Shown here: piece after piece, positions 25,833-36,073 of the stretch
Layout: each line of letters starts with the position of its first letter
Position numbering within the stretch: the first letter of the stretch is position 1
DNA from: an archaeon
GTDB taxonomy: Archaea > Undinarchaeota > CAZHTU01 > JBDRCC01
Reading direction: 5' to 3'
DNA length: 62,323 bases
Assembly (NCBI GenBank): GCA_043822065.1
Contig: JBDRCC010000017.1
Coordinates: 1-62,323 of the forward strand
The notes under the pieces: generated by a model
Told to the model about the DNA's origin: nothing
The model's database searches: none
What the model saw: the letters and a program-made list of their open reading frames with translations, nothing else
Made by a program: the position numbers and the translations under genes

Positions 25833-28800
25833 ATGAAAAAGTCGAAGATAGCACTGTTGTTACTACTACTTGCAGCCAGCGTAGCTGCCCTTACAATCAA
25901 CGGCTACTTTAACCGCGTGGCCGGCATTACTGACTACGACCAAGTCCAGTACGGCGTCGTCTTTAATCTTACTGTCAATTTTAGTTCTGACGGAAACTAC
26001 TCCTACTGCAACATCACATCCCAGCACAACAGCACGATATTCGACATGGTAGCTTCTGGCAACGCTACTGATGCTGGCATAGATGTAAACAGTAACTACG
26101 TTTACCTTGCAAACTACTCGTTCAATGTAACGGACTATAATCTCTCAATAGGTCGCCAGCAGGCGCTCACTTTTAACATGACGTGTATTTTCAACACGAC
26201 TGCTAACTACACAGTTAACCAGTCATCCACGAAAACAGTATACATAAGCATACTGAATGCGACATTCTTTAACAGCACTCCGGCGGGTCCGGTCACGATT
26301 GGCGAGTTTGTCAACCTGACAGGAATTGCAGCAAACCTTAATCCTACAATGAACCTGACCGAGCCATACTTCTATGTAAAAGCTTATAACTCTACTGGAG
26401 GATATTACTCGGACATCGCGACACTCTATAACACATCTCTGGTCGGGAACATTAGTGCGCTTGCTGCGGTCCAGGCAAACTTTACAAACATATCTACCGC
26501 AGACTGGCCCGACAACAATATGACCCTCGTCTTCTGGGCAAACGGGACTCAAAACTCCGGCGTAGACAAGTGGGCTGCGTCAAATATCAGCGTCAAGCTA
26601 AGGCCGAATGTTTCGATTGGAATCGACTCATTTGAGCCGGTCGTCCAGCCAAGAAACCTGACTGTCCGCGCAATCGCGAGGTATAAGCCGGTCGGCGTCT
26701 ACTGCAACCTTACGCTTTATTCCGACATGCAGATATGGAACGAAACCGGCAGCATTGTTGGCTCGACGAATTACACGAAAACCGGCACAATAAACAGCAC
26801 GGGCTACTTGTCCGTTACGTGGTCACTTAACTCCACATCCACGTATGCCACGACCTCGCCTGGCTTTAACGTCACTGCCAACTGCTCAGATACGTTCAAT
26901 GTCTCCGGTATTTGGTCCAATTCGTCCTCCCGCTCAATGGTACTCAATACAAGTGCTCCAGTGGCTATGTTCAATGTGACTGCGGCGGCATTTCCCCAGT
27001 ACCTGTTGGAAAACGAGACGTTCACAGTCAACCTAACTATACAAAATATCGGGACAAAAAATGCAACATCCGTGGATGTAATAATCGCGGGCAATTTTAC
27101 AATATTTAACAGCACAAACGTAGCCAATGGCACAGTAAAAAGCATAGAGCGGTACTCTTGCAGCAATATTGAAGGTGCAATCGTCTACAACCAAACTAGC
27201 CTCAACTTGACAAACGGCACTGCAAACCCCTTGCAGGCGGCGATTGATCCCTCTTCCGGGCACGTGTGCAGTGTTAGGTTTACCGTCAATGCGTCTAGCC
27301 GGCCGTCTACCAACCCAGTGTGGTACACCATAAATGCCTCCTCGCCGGATGCCATAAGCAACGTTTCACTCCTGTTAAACGTTTCCATTCTTGGGCATGG
27401 TACGTTCACCTCAAACACCGGCTTGCTAAACTTTGGGCTACTAAACGATACAACTGACACGAATAATAAGACAATTGAGATAATCCTCACACCCTCAGGG
27501 GGCAACCTGATACGTGTCACTTCATATTCGATTGAGCCCTCCTATGGCAATTTCACCTACTTGTTTGACCCACAGCCCACACAGATATCTGTAGCCACCA
27601 GAATAAACGTGACTCTTATCGTTGGCCAGTACACCCAGGCTGGAAATTATACCAACCAGTCAAGCCCATCTTCGGGAGTCTACGCGCCGAATGTGACTAT
27701 AGTAACGTTAAACTCCGAAAATGTGTACATACCGACGAGCTTTAATGTTTCCTATAGGTACTCAAGTTCGGATACCTGCAGCCTGTCAACAACGGCGATT
27801 TCCCTCGTGACCTTAAACAACAATACCCAAAGCGGCAGCTTAAGCAAATCATTTACAGTTCAAAACACCGCGAATGTCCCGTACACGGTTACGGTCGCTT
27901 CCCCCGATAATACCGAGCTGAAGGTGACCGAGTTTGGATATGGTGGCAACACCTATACTGCAGAGTTTGGCTTTACTCTCAGCCCGGGTGCCGTGGGAAC
28001 CGTAACTGTGAACAAGGTTACGCCAAGTGCCGACGACGGCGGCACCAGAACTGACGGCGATGCTGTCAAAGTGAACTGCACTTTTGCCAGCACGTTACAC
28101 AGCAAAAGCATCCAGCTTAGCGCGTACGTGAACCCACAAGGAACCGGCAGCAGCGATGACCCTGGCAGCTCTTCAAGCAGCAGCTCTTCCGACCTATCTG
28201 CCTATTCAAATTATCTCCTTATTACCTCAAAGTCGGACTATACCTCTGTGAAGGAAGTCTACCAGGGCTCCTCGGTCAGCTACCCAGTTGAGGTATGCAA
28301 CGCAGGCACCCAGACAATGACGTCTGTCACAATCAGCGCGACAATCCCGACTGCAGATAATCCTTCTGACTGGGTCGTGCACGAGTTCAAACTCAAAAAC
28401 ATCCCTCCGAACGGGGCATGCCTCAGCGGCACCCTGACGATAGACGTTCCACCCAATGCAAAGGTCGGCGACCACGAAGTAAGGATAAATGCGAAGAAGG
28501 ACGCTGTGAATGAGCGGACGGTGACTGCGAAGATTAAGGTTTTGAAGAAGACGGCTTCGAGCGGAGCTGCAACTCTTACATCTGAAGCCGAAAACACTTT
28601 TTCAGTATCAAATGCGACAATAGCCAACAAGTCAATCATCCTCACAATAAACAAGGCCAGCCAGACTGAGAACGTCACTGCCCACTTCCTCATAATCAGC
28701 CCGAAGGGCAAGGTGCTTTACAACGAGACCGTAATGTTCTCGTTGGCAAACGTAACGGACCAGCTTTCAGTCCCCCTTCCTCTGCTTTTCAGGCTTCCAT

Positions 28801-29297
28801 CTGAGTATAACATGACTGTGACCGTCATGGACCTTGCTGGCAACCTCCTTGCCGAAAAAGCAGTTGCAGTCACAAAGGAGCAGATTGCCGCGGCTGGGCT
28901 GTCCTCCACAATGAAGATGCTTGGCTATGGCGTGCTGATAAGCATCATCTTGGTCATTATAGGCATGTGGGCGTACACTGGAGAGGTGCCCCTCGGAGGC
29001 ATGCTTGGCGGCGGAAGACGGCCGTCCTACGGTCCGCGTCCAAGGCTCAGGCTGCCCAGATTTGATATACGGAGAAGGCATGCGCCGGCTTACCGCGAGC
29101 AGCAGTATTACGCACCGCGCAGAGATGTGCCCCAGGTTTCGTCAGAGGAAATGCGGCTTATTGGGGAAATTGAGCGGCTGGAGCAGAAGGCACGAATCGC
29201 CTACCACGAGGGCAAGCATGCATACGGCAGGGAGCTCACTAACCAGGTTAAAATACTAATGAAGCGGCTTGAAGGCCTTCGCGAAAGGCGCAGGTAA
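25833..29297 (+). CDS. large S-layer-like surface glycoprotein with C-terminal TM helix and ~100-aa cytoplasmic tail
   Basis: Signal peptide MKKSKIALLLLLLAASVAA; dozens of N-x-S/T sequons; poly-Ser linker; NEW3-like domain; TM then Arg-rich tail. Confidence 0.82.
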   Translation: MKKSKIALLLLLLAASVAALTINGYFNRVAGITDYDQVQYGVVFNLTVNFSSDGNYSYCNITSQHNSTIFDMVASGNATDAGIDVNSNYVYLANYSFNVTDYNLSIGRQQALTFNMTCIFNTTANYTVNQSSTKTVYISILNATFFNSTPAGPVTIGEFVNLTGIAANLNPTMNLTEPYFYVKAYNSTGGYYSDIATLYNTSLVGNISALAAVQANFTNISTADWPDNNMTLVFWANGTQNSGVDKWAASNISVKLRPNVSIGIDSFEPVVQPRNLTVRAIARYKPVGVYCNLTLYSDMQIWNETGSIVGSTNYTKTGTINSTGYLSVTWSLNSTSTYATTSPGFNVTANCSDTFNVSGIWSNSSSRSMVLNTSAPVAMFNVTAAAFPQYLLENETFTVNLTIQNIGTKNATSVDVIIAGNFTIFNSTNVANGTVKSIERYSCSNIEGAIVYNQTSLNLTNGTANPLQAAIDPSSGHVCSVRFTVNASSRPSTNPVWYTINASSPDAISNVSLLLNVSILGHGTFTSNTGLLNFGLLNDTTDTNNKTIEIILTPSGGNLIRVTSYSIEPSYGNFTYLFDPQPTQISVATRINVTLIVGQYTQAGNYTNQSSPSSGVYAPNVTIVTLNSENVYIPTSFNVSYRYSSSDTCSLSTTAISLVTLNNNTQSGSLSKSFTVQNTANVPYTVTVASPDNTELKVTEFGYGGNTYTAEFGFTLSPGAVGTVTVNKVTPSADDGGTRTDGDAVKVNCTFASTLHSKSIQLSAYVNPQGTGSSDDPGSSSSSSSSDLSAYSNYLLITSKSDYTSVKEVYQGSSVSYPVEVCNAGTQTMTSVTISATIPTADNPSDWVVHEFKLKNIPPNGACLSGTLTIDVPPNAKVGDHEVRINAKKDAVNERTVTAKIKVLKKTASSGAATLTSEAENTFSVSNATIANKSIILTINKASQTENVTAHFLIISPKGKVLYNETVMFSLANVTDQLSVPLPLLFRLPSEYNMTVTVMDLAGNLLAEKAVAVTKEQIAAAGLSSTMKMLGYGVLISIILVIIGMWAYTGEVPLGGMLGGGRRPSYGPRPRLRLPRFDIRRRHAPAYREQQYYAPRRDVPQVSSEEMRLIGEIERLEQKARIAYHEGKHAYGRELTNQVKILMKRLEGLRERRR

Positions 29298-29756
29298 TCA
29301 GCGCTGCTGCGGCCTGTACTTCTCAAGCTTTGGAAGTATCTCTTTTATCTGCTCTTCCGAGAATTTGATATTGCTGACAAGCTCGTTTTCGCGCTTTCGC
29401 AGGACTTCCAATTCCTTGTCCATGACCTTTATGGCGTCGTCAACCGGCTTATTAAGGACGGTGCCAGCCCCAACACCAAGCAATACTTCGTCATTCGAGT
29501 CGACTATGGCGCGGACATACGCGTTTCCGCCAATCGGGAGCAGCACTTTGTCGCCTTTTTGTGCGGTCCTAATCCCCTCAATAGTCTCCTTGGACGCAAG
29601 AAAATCATTCCGCACTGATGCGAGCCTCTGAAGCTCGTTCAGGGCTATTTCGCCCTGCTCCTTGAAGAAGCTGTACCTGATGGCTAGTTCCTGCGGGCCC
29701 TCTGGGGATGCCTGTGCCCTTTGCTCAGGCTTCTGCTTTTCTTTCCTTTTTTTCAT
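29298..29756 (-). CDS. pfdA: prefoldin alpha subunit
   Basis: VLLPIGGNAYVRA...VLLGVGAG beta-hairpins between coiled coils; conserved ribosomal-cluster context. Confidence 0.93.
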   Translation of the reverse strand: MKKRKEKQKPEQRAQASPEGPQELAIRYSFFKEQGEIALNELQRLASVRNDFLASKETIEGIRTAQKGDKVLLPIGGNAYVRAIVDSNDEVLLGVGAGTVLNKPVDDAIKVMDKELEVLRKRENELVSNIKFSEEQIKEILPKLEKYRPQQR

Positions 29757-29931
29757 TTTTTACCTGTTTTATTCCTTCGAGCTTGATAAAATTCCGCTTT
29801 ATCCTGTGCTTGCTTCCGAAGTGGGTGTAAATTTTTTCCCCAGCGAGCTTTTCAGAGGGCTGGTCTACAACCATGCAGAACAAGTGCATCCCCCTCTTGT
29901 CGCTGAATTTGCCAGACACTTCGTACTTCAT
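29725..29931 (-). CDS. rpl18a: 50S ribosomal protein L18Ae/LX (eL20)
   Basis: EKIYTHFGSKHRIKRNFIK motif. Confidence 0.9.
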   Translation of the reverse strand: MKYEVSGKFSDKRGMHLFCMVVDQPSEKLAGEKIYTHFGSKHRIKRNFIKLEGIKQVKNEKKERKAEA

Positions 29932-30344
29932 TTTGCAAGCTCCGCCTCAACAGTCGTTCCGTACTTCGAGGCTTTTACCCTGACATATGCTGGCGGCTTC
30001 TGGATGCTTCTGCTCCAAACCGCTTCGTTCAGCTCTTTCCCAATCTTGACGGTCTCGCACTTCATGTGCCTTGTGAGGAATCTCCTAATGAGCGTCATCG
30101 CAAGCGGCGCCCTCTTTGTGCGGGCAGTCCGGTTTGCGTTTCTGAGCGGTATTATGTATATCCTCTCAAGCTCAACCTTTGGCTTCTCTTCTTCTTTCTT
30201 ATCCTTCTTTGACTTTTTCTTTGCCTCCGCCCTCTCCTCCCTCTTGGTATCCGTGGAGTCCTCCTTGGACTGCTTGTCGCGGAGCTCCTTCTTCTGCTCC
30301 GCAGCCATCTTCAGCTCTTTGATTACGTCTTTCTTTTCGCTCAT
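29928..30344 (-). CDS. rpl31e: 50S ribosomal protein L31e with charged N-terminal extension
   Basis: [29 protein letters not shown]. Confidence 0.93.
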   Translation of the reverse strand: MSEKKDVIKELKMAAEQKKELRDKQSKEDSTDTKREERAEAKKKSKKDKKEEEKPKVELERIYIIPLRNANRTARTKRAPLAMTLIRRFLTRHMKCETVKIGKELNEAVWSRSIQKPPAYVRVKASKYGTTVEAELAK

Positions 30345-30496
30345 AATTTGAGTTTGGTCCTTCTCCAGTTGCGCCTGTATACGTTGGACCTTACCCTCCT
30401 GTTTGTTTTTGGTATGACCCAGATAGGGATAGGCCTGTTCCTGCGGGCTGCCTTCCCAAGCCTCTTTTTTTGTGCGGGTCGCCTTACGTTGACCAT
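30341..30496 (-). CDS. rpl39e: 50S ribosomal protein L39e (not in the ORF track)
   Basis: Manual translation [51 protein letters not shown] (51 aa). Confidence 0.93.
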   Translation of the reverse strand: MVNVRRPAQKKRLGKAARRNRPIPIWVIPKTNRRVRSNVYRRNWRRTKLKL

Positions 30497-30497
30497 A

Positions 30498-30815
30498 TTA
30501 TCTCCTTTCCGTTGTCGTTTCCCTTTCAGCCCCGAAGGACTGCAGGATGACTATGAGCTGCTCCTCTGTCAGGGGGTTTTCCCTGCTTATCTGGCGGCGC
30601 TTTGCCATCTCCACGATGGATTGCTCAGCGAGGACCGCCTTTTGCGGGTGCGCGTACCTGACGCGGTCAAGCCGGTCTGCCGCCTCCCTCGTTATGAAGA
30701 GCTGTGCGCCCCTCCTCAGCTGCTGGAGGAGCTGTTGGGTGGACTCATGCTCCTTTTGCCGTTGGAGCTGCGCCATCCGCTGTCTCCTTATTTCCTCTAG
30801 TTCAGTATCACCCAT
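30498..30815 (-). CDS. PDCD5/TFAR19-family DNA-binding protein
   Basis: [22 protein letters not shown], canonical position after rps19e. Confidence 0.88.
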   Translation of the reverse strand: MGDTELEEIRRQRMAQLQRQKEHESTQQLLQQLRRGAQLFITREAADRLDRVRYAHPQKAVLAEQSIVEMAKRRQISRENPLTEEQLIVILQSFGAERETTTERR

Positions 30816-31239
30816 TTTTTATCTGGTGAGCTGCTGAATCAAGGAGCTTTGTCCCCTTTGGGGTTATTATTCTGCCTATTACCTGCCGGTTTCTCTCGAG
30901 TTTCTTGGCGTATCCAGCCGATTCCAGCTGCTGGAGTATCTTTCGTAGGATGTTTCCAGAAGCAACGCCATGCTTCTCCGGGGCGGAGCCGCAGTTTTTC
31001 CTTCCGCCGTACTCCTTCTTGAGGTTCCTCACGCCGAGCGGACCGCTGGCATAAAGCCTTCTCAGTACGCTTGCAGTGCGTATGTACCACCAGTCCGGCT
31101 GGTCGGGCGGCCTGTCCTTGAACGAAGCCGTCTTGACAAAAGGCGCCCATGCCGGGGGCTTTATCTTATCTTCTTTCTTCAGCTCCTCGCTTACTTTTTT
31201 TATAAGCAAGGTTCCATCTACATCATAGGCAGTAGTCAT
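30808..31239 (-). CDS. rps19e: 30S ribosomal protein S19e
   Basis: PPAWAPFVKT, DWWYIRTASVLR, RKILQQLE. Confidence 0.96.
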   Translation of the reverse strand: MTTAYDVDGTLLIKKVSEELKKEDKIKPPAWAPFVKTASFKDRPPDQPDWWYIRTASVLRRLYASGPLGVRNLKKEYGGRKNCGSAPEKHGVASGNILRKILQQLESAGYAKKLERNRQVIGRIITPKGTKLLDSAAHQIKNG

Positions 31240-31343
31240 AGGAATCTAACGATTGCCCCAGTCTTGTTCAAAAAACTGAGTGGGTATTGATTAGTTAGCC
31301 AGCTTTAAAAAGATTTCGGGCAATGCTCTCCTGAAGCTTAAAC

Positions 31344-31658
31344 TTAGTACGGCACCCTGCGAATTGCGCCGCAGCCAAGGCACGATACTGTCCGTACCCG
31401 GTTTTTGGGGTTCAGGCGCACTCTGCAGTTTACTCCGGGCTTCAGGTATGCCCCGCACGTCTTGCAGAAGCGCTCCTTGCACTGCTTTGGCATCGGGGCC
31501 AGGTAGCGCATGGATATCCTTCTTGCAAGCTCCACGTACCTTTTTGACAGCTCTGGCTCTGACTTAAAGCGGATTTCTGCCTGCTCAAAAAGGATTGCTA
31601 TCCGCTCAAGGGCTATCTGCTTCTGCCAGCCTGGTTTTGCATGCCTTCTGCGCTTCAT
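31344..31658 (-). CDS. rnp4: ribonuclease P protein Rpp21
   Basis: IALERIAILF, RYVELARRI, CKTC...CLGC zinc ribbon. Confidence 0.92.
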   Translation of the reverse strand: MKRRRHAKPGWQKQIALERIAILFEQAEIRFKSEPELSKRYVELARRISMRYLAPMPKQCKERFCKTCGAYLKPGVNCRVRLNPKNRVRTVSCLGCGAIRRVPY

Positions 31659-32209
31659 ATTAGGTTCAGTATGTTTGATTTGGTTATTATTCCTATAAGC
31701 TGGGTCCTGTCCATTATGAACACTGCCGGGCTGAACTCTAAAAGGGGAATGATTGACTTCAGGTCAGCGCCCTTTGGCATAATCGGCGGGTTTTCCCGCA
31801 TCATCTTTTCGACTGGCACCCGCTTCAGGCGGCTCGGGTCGTCCTCCCTTCTGACCTGCGCCATTATATCCTCCTCAGTTATCATGCCGACTGGCACGCC
31901 GACCTTGACTATTGGGAGCTGGGAAATTGCGTTCTCCCGCATTACCTCAATAGCCTCACTGACCATGCTTCCGACGGGTATTGAAATGACTGGAGACGTC
32001 ATAACGTCTGCGGCTGTTTTCGTTTCCTTTGCAGCATCGGCTATGGCGGCAAGTATCTTGTTGAGCATTGAGGTGCGAGGGTCGACGTCGCCGCTTTCCA
32101 CCCTTGCGACCATTGCCTGGGATACGCCAGCCTTCCTGGCGAGAGCCTCCTGGGTCAGGCCTGCTTTGATCCTTAGCTGCTTTAGCTCGTATGCAGTCGG
32201 AACTTTCAC
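31655..32209 (-). CDS. XRE-HTH plus CBS-pair transcriptional regulator
   Basis: GLTQEALARKAGVSQAMVARVESGDVDPR followed by two CBS domains. Confidence 0.92.
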   Translation of the reverse strand: MKVPTAYELKQLRIKAGLTQEALARKAGVSQAMVARVESGDVDPRTSMLNKILAAIADAAKETKTAADVMTSPVISIPVGSMVSEAIEVMRENAISQLPIVKVGVPVGMITEEDIMAQVRREDDPSRLKRVPVEKMMRENPPIMPKGADLKSIIPLLEFSPAVFIMDRTQLIGIITKSNILNLI

Positions 32210-32233
32210 AGAAAAACTATGGTTTCAGGATAT

Positions 32234-33193
32234 TTAAGGATAGTGGGACTCGTAGTCTTCCCATTTGACTTTTCCAAAAAGGACCTCGAGCTCAACTGGG
32301 TTTAGAACCGGCTTCGGAGCGTAATTCGTATAGTCGTCTATTGCAATTCTAGGGCAGGCAGTCGATACAAACACGTCTACTTTTAGCCCAGCGAGCGCGT
32401 CCGGTGAAAGGTTGTTCCCGTAGACCAGCAGCCCCTGCTTATTGTTCTTTTCAATAAGCTGGATAAGCTTCCTGGCAAGAAAGAGGTTCTTCTGGCCCGG
32501 CTTTGTCGAGACGAGGACGCCAAATACCTTCGCCTGCCTGGACTTTTCTATGGCGGCGTGCCTTTTGGTCAATAGCTTTCTCTTAAGCTCGCCAGTCGTT
32601 CTGACTGTGTTTGTCTCCGGGTCTGCGACAATTACGTCTTGCCCTGACCGCATGGCAATGCCAATGGGATGGAAATTGCCAGTCCCATAAAACAGGTATG
32701 CGTCTGCGTCGACCAAGGCGTCAAAGTCGCAACCAAGCACCTGGCCAGGGACCGCGGACTTCTTCCCCCTGCCAAGGACAACTTCCTTGCCGGCAGACTT
32801 GAGCAGGCTCGTTATCTCATTAATTGACCGCAAGTGCTGGGCTGTGGAAAGCAGGCAGACCGTCTTGCCCGTCAGCTTCGGAATGGCCTGCTTAATCAGC
32901 GGAGCCGGGTCAGCGTCGTTCTCAACTGGGACGTACAGCACCGGAACCCTTGATCTTGCGTCGTAATCTGTGTGGCCAAAATGCACAATGGCTTCCGCGT
33001 CAAGCGGGTCGCAGATGTCGCAGGCGCCAAAGCACGGGTCAACATTTATCCGGGCCTCAAAACCATTGTCCGCAAAGCTTTTTGCTATCTCTACCGCCCG
33101 CGTCCTTAACCCTGCTGGAAGCTGTATTGCTATTCTCTTAACAGAACGGCGCTTTAGCCTGGCTATAACTTGGTTAGTATCAAAACAGTACAT
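32234..33193 (-). CDS. dph2: diphthamide biosynthesis radical-SAM enzyme Dph2
   Basis: PCFGACD, HFGH, GQVLGC, FHPIG, TACPRI. Confidence 0.93.
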   Translation of the reverse strand: MYCFDTNQVIARLKRRSVKRIAIQLPAGLRTRAVEIAKSFADNGFEARINVDPCFGACDICDPLDAEAIVHFGHTDYDARSRVPVLYVPVENDADPAPLIKQAIPKLTGKTVCLLSTAQHLRSINEITSLLKSAGKEVVLGRGKKSAVPGQVLGCDFDALVDADAYLFYGTGNFHPIGIAMRSGQDVIVADPETNTVRTTGELKRKLLTKRHAAIEKSRQAKVFGVLVSTKPGQKNLFLARKLIQLIEKNNKQGLLVYGNNLSPDALAGLKVDVFVSTACPRIAIDDYTNYAPKPVLNPVELEVLFGKVKWEDYESHYP

Positions 33194-33487
33194 CTACTTG
33201 GTCTCTTCTTCAACAATCTCAAGCTTCAATGGGGTCGCCCTTGCGGCTATCAGATTGTAAAGCCCTGCAAAAAGAGCGCCGAACACATAGCCCATAAATG
33301 CCCCTATAATTGGGACTAAGAGCAGGGTCGAAAGCAATCTAGCATTTAGCTGCAGCTGGGCATTCTGGAGTAGCCCTAGTGAAGCTATCAGCATTGAAAA
33401 CAGTACAAGCAAGGTGTATATCACTGAAAAAACGAGTGCTGACACCTTGGCAGTGGATTTGATATCTAGGCGCCGTATTTCTAGCAT
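33194..33487 (-). CDS. small 2-TM membrane protein (DUF3566-like)
   Basis: MLEIRRLDIKSTAKV...GALFAGLYNLIA...LKLEI pattern; start revised to ATG 33487. Confidence 0.65.
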   Translation of the reverse strand: MLEIRRLDIKSTAKVSALVFSVIYTLLVLFSMLIASLGLLQNAQLQLNARLLSTLLLVPIIGAFMGYVFGALFAGLYNLIAARATPLKLEIVEEETK

Positions 33488-33589
33488 GCCTAAGCTGAAG
33501 CATTCCAGCGATATAAAACTTTCGATAGAAAACACTTATAAATTGGGAATCTGTAGATATAGGACTTACTCTAGTAGGGAGGGATTTTA

Positions 33590-36016
33590 GTGGCTGATAA
33601 GTATGTTAAATGGTTTAAGGACTTAGGTATAAAGGACGTGCCGACAGTCGGCGGAAAGAATGCATCTCTTGGAGAGATGTACCGGAATCTTACAAAAAAA
33701 GGAGTCAAGGTTCCAAACGGCTTTGCAATTACTGCAGGCGGGTACCAGTACCTGCTAAAGGAAGCCGGGATAAAAAACAGGATTAAGGAGATTCTAACCG
33801 GCCTTGATGTTTCTGACATAAAGGACCTCATGGCAAGGGGCCAAAAGGTTAGGGACCTCATTAAGAGCGTCGACCTTCCGAAAAAGCTCGAGGAAGAGAT
33901 AATCACGAACTACCGCTTCATGAGCAAAATGTACAAGGTCAAAGAGGTGGACGTCGCAGTTCGAAGCTCTGCAACCGCAGAGGACCTCCCAAACGCATCA
34001 TTCGCAGGGCAGCAGGAGACGTTCCTGAACATAAGGGGCGAGGAAGAGCTCCTCATGGCTTGCAGGAAATGCTTTGCATCGCTGTTTACCAACAGGGCGA
34101 TAGCCTACCGCCAGGAGAAGGGCTTCGACCATTTCTCGGTCTACCTGTCGATTGCGGTCCAGAAGATGGCCCGCTCAGACCTCGCATCAAGCGGAGTCAT
34201 GTTCTCGATAGACACCGAGTCCGGATTCAAGAACGCCGTTTTCATAACCGGCTCATACGGCCTCGGGGAGAACGTCGTGCAGGGGGCAGTCAACCCGGAC
34301 GAGTTCTACGTCTTCAAGCCAACCCTTAACAAGGGCCGCAGGCCAATCCTCAGCAAGAGGCTCGGGGAAAAAAAGATTAAGATGATTTACACCAAGGACC
34401 CGAAGAAGCCCGTCAGGAACGTCGAAGTCCCGCTTGCGGAAAGGGAAAAGTTCTGCATAACCGACGATGAGATTCTTGAGCTTGCGACGTATGCCGTCAA
34501 GATAGAAGACCACTACTCGAAGGAAGCCGGCTATTTCAAGCCGATGGACATCGAGTGGGCCAAAGACGGCCAGACTGGGGAGCTGTTCATTGTCCAGGCA
34601 CGCCCTGAGACTGTCCACTCCCAGCTGGACAGCATGGTGCTGAAGAAGTACATCCTCAAAGGAAAGGGTAAAATCCTGTCTACGGGCCGCGCTGTCGGCG
34701 AAATGATTGGCGTCGGCAAGGCACGCGTCCTGACGGGCGTCAAGGACATAGAGAAATTCCAGCCGGGCGAGATCCTCGTAACCGAGATGACCGACCCAGA
34801 CTGGGTGCCGATAATGAAGATTGCATCCGCAATTGTGACAAACAAGGGCGGACGGACATGCCATGCAGCCATAGTCTCAAGGGAGCTTGGCATTCCGTGC
34901 ATAGTCGGCACGCTTGACGCAACCAAGAAGGTCAAGACCGGCCAGGATGTCACAGTATCCTGCGCCGAGGGCGAGGAAGGCCGCGTCTACGAGGGCAAGC
35001 TGAAATTTGACATCGACATCAAAAAGCTTACCCAGATGGAGTGGCCGAGGACCAAGATAATGCTGAACTTAGGCACGCCATCATCTGCGTTCGAGAAGTC
35101 TTTCCTCCCGAACGACGGCGTCGGGCTTGCCCGCGAGGAGTTCATCATAAACGAGCACATAAAAATACACCCGCTGGCTCTGCTTGACTATGCCACGCTG
35201 AAGGACAAGAAGGTCAAGGCGCAGATAGACAAGCTGACCAAGGGCTACAATAACAAGGGCGACTTCTTCGTCGACAAGCTCGCAGAGGGAGTAGGGCTGA
35301 TTGCAGCCGCGTTCTACCCGAACGACGTGATTGTAAGGCTCTCTGACTTCAAGAGCAACGAGTACTTCAACCTCATTGGCGGGTACTTGTACGAGCCGAA
35401 GGAGGAAAACCCGATGATAGGCTGGAGAGGCGCCTCAAGGTACTACTCCAAGGCCTACGAGCGGGCGTTCGTCCTCGAGTGCAAAGCCCTTGTCAAGGTC
35501 AGGAACGTTATGGGCCTGAACAACGTCAAGGTAATGGTCCCATTCTGCAGGACCCTTGATGAAGGCAGGAAAGTCCTTGACATAATGGCCAAGAACGGCA
35601 TGAAGCGCGGAGAAAACGGCCTCGAGGTCTATGTGATGTGCGAGATACCCTCAAACATCATCCTCGCAGACCAGTTCGCCGACCTGTTCGACGGCTTCTC
35701 AATTGGCTCGAACGACCTGACACAGCTGACGCTTGGGCTCGACAGGGATTCTGCCCTCGTTGCAAGTGTCTACGATGAGCGGAACGAGGCAGTGCTTAGG
35801 CTGGTTGAATCAGTTATAAAGACTGCCAAGAAGAAGAAGCGCAAGGTGGGCATCTGCGGCCAGGCGCCGTCAGACTTCCCTGACTTTGCAGAGTTCATCG
35901 TGAAGTGCGGAATAGACTCAGTATCCCTAAACCCGGATACCGTCGTCAAGACAGCGATGTACCTCGCCCAGGTCGAGAAAAAGCTCGGCATAAAGCGAAG
36001 GAAACTGAAGAAATAA
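33590..36016 (+). CDS. ppsA: phosphoenolpyruvate synthase (pyruvate,water dikinase)
   Basis: VGGKNASLGEM, VRSSATAED, GGRTCHAAIVSRE, FSIGSNDLTQ; SD-like AGGGAGG before the GTG. Confidence 0.97.
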   Translation: MADKYVKWFKDLGIKDVPTVGGKNASLGEMYRNLTKKGVKVPNGFAITAGGYQYLLKEAGIKNRIKEILTGLDVSDIKDLMARGQKVRDLIKSVDLPKKLEEEIITNYRFMSKMYKVKEVDVAVRSSATAEDLPNASFAGQQETFLNIRGEEELLMACRKCFASLFTNRAIAYRQEKGFDHFSVYLSIAVQKMARSDLASSGVMFSIDTESGFKNAVFITGSYGLGENVVQGAVNPDEFYVFKPTLNKGRRPILSKRLGEKKIKMIYTKDPKKPVRNVEVPLAEREKFCITDDEILELATYAVKIEDHYSKEAGYFKPMDIEWAKDGQTGELFIVQARPETVHSQLDSMVLKKYILKGKGKILSTGRAVGEMIGVGKARVLTGVKDIEKFQPGEILVTEMTDPDWVPIMKIASAIVTNKGGRTCHAAIVSRELGIPCIVGTLDATKKVKTGQDVTVSCAEGEEGRVYEGKLKFDIDIKKLTQMEWPRTKIMLNLGTPSSAFEKSFLPNDGVGLAREEFIINEHIKIHPLALLDYATLKDKKVKAQIDKLTKGYNNKGDFFVDKLAEGVGLIAAAFYPNDVIVRLSDFKSNEYFNLIGGYLYEPKEENPMIGWRGASRYYSKAYERAFVLECKALVKVRNVMGLNNVKVMVPFCRTLDEGRKVLDIMAKNGMKRGENGLEVYVMCEIPSNIILADQFADLFDGFSIGSNDLTQLTLGLDRDSALVASVYDERNEAVLRLVESVIKTAKKKKRKVGICGQAPSDFPDFAEFIVKCGIDSVSLNPDTVVKTAMYLAQVEKKLGIKRRKLKK

Positions 36017-36021
36017 TGCTT

Positions 36022-36058
36022 AGAAAGGGGCCTCGCGCCCCTTTCTTTAACTTTTTCT
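36022..36058. terminator. hairpin terminator between convergent ppsA and rpl10e
   Basis: agaaaggggc-ctcgc-gcccctttct perfect 10-bp stem followed by a T-rich tract. Confidence 0.7.
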
Positions 36059-36073
36059 AAAAAATTAAGCAGC

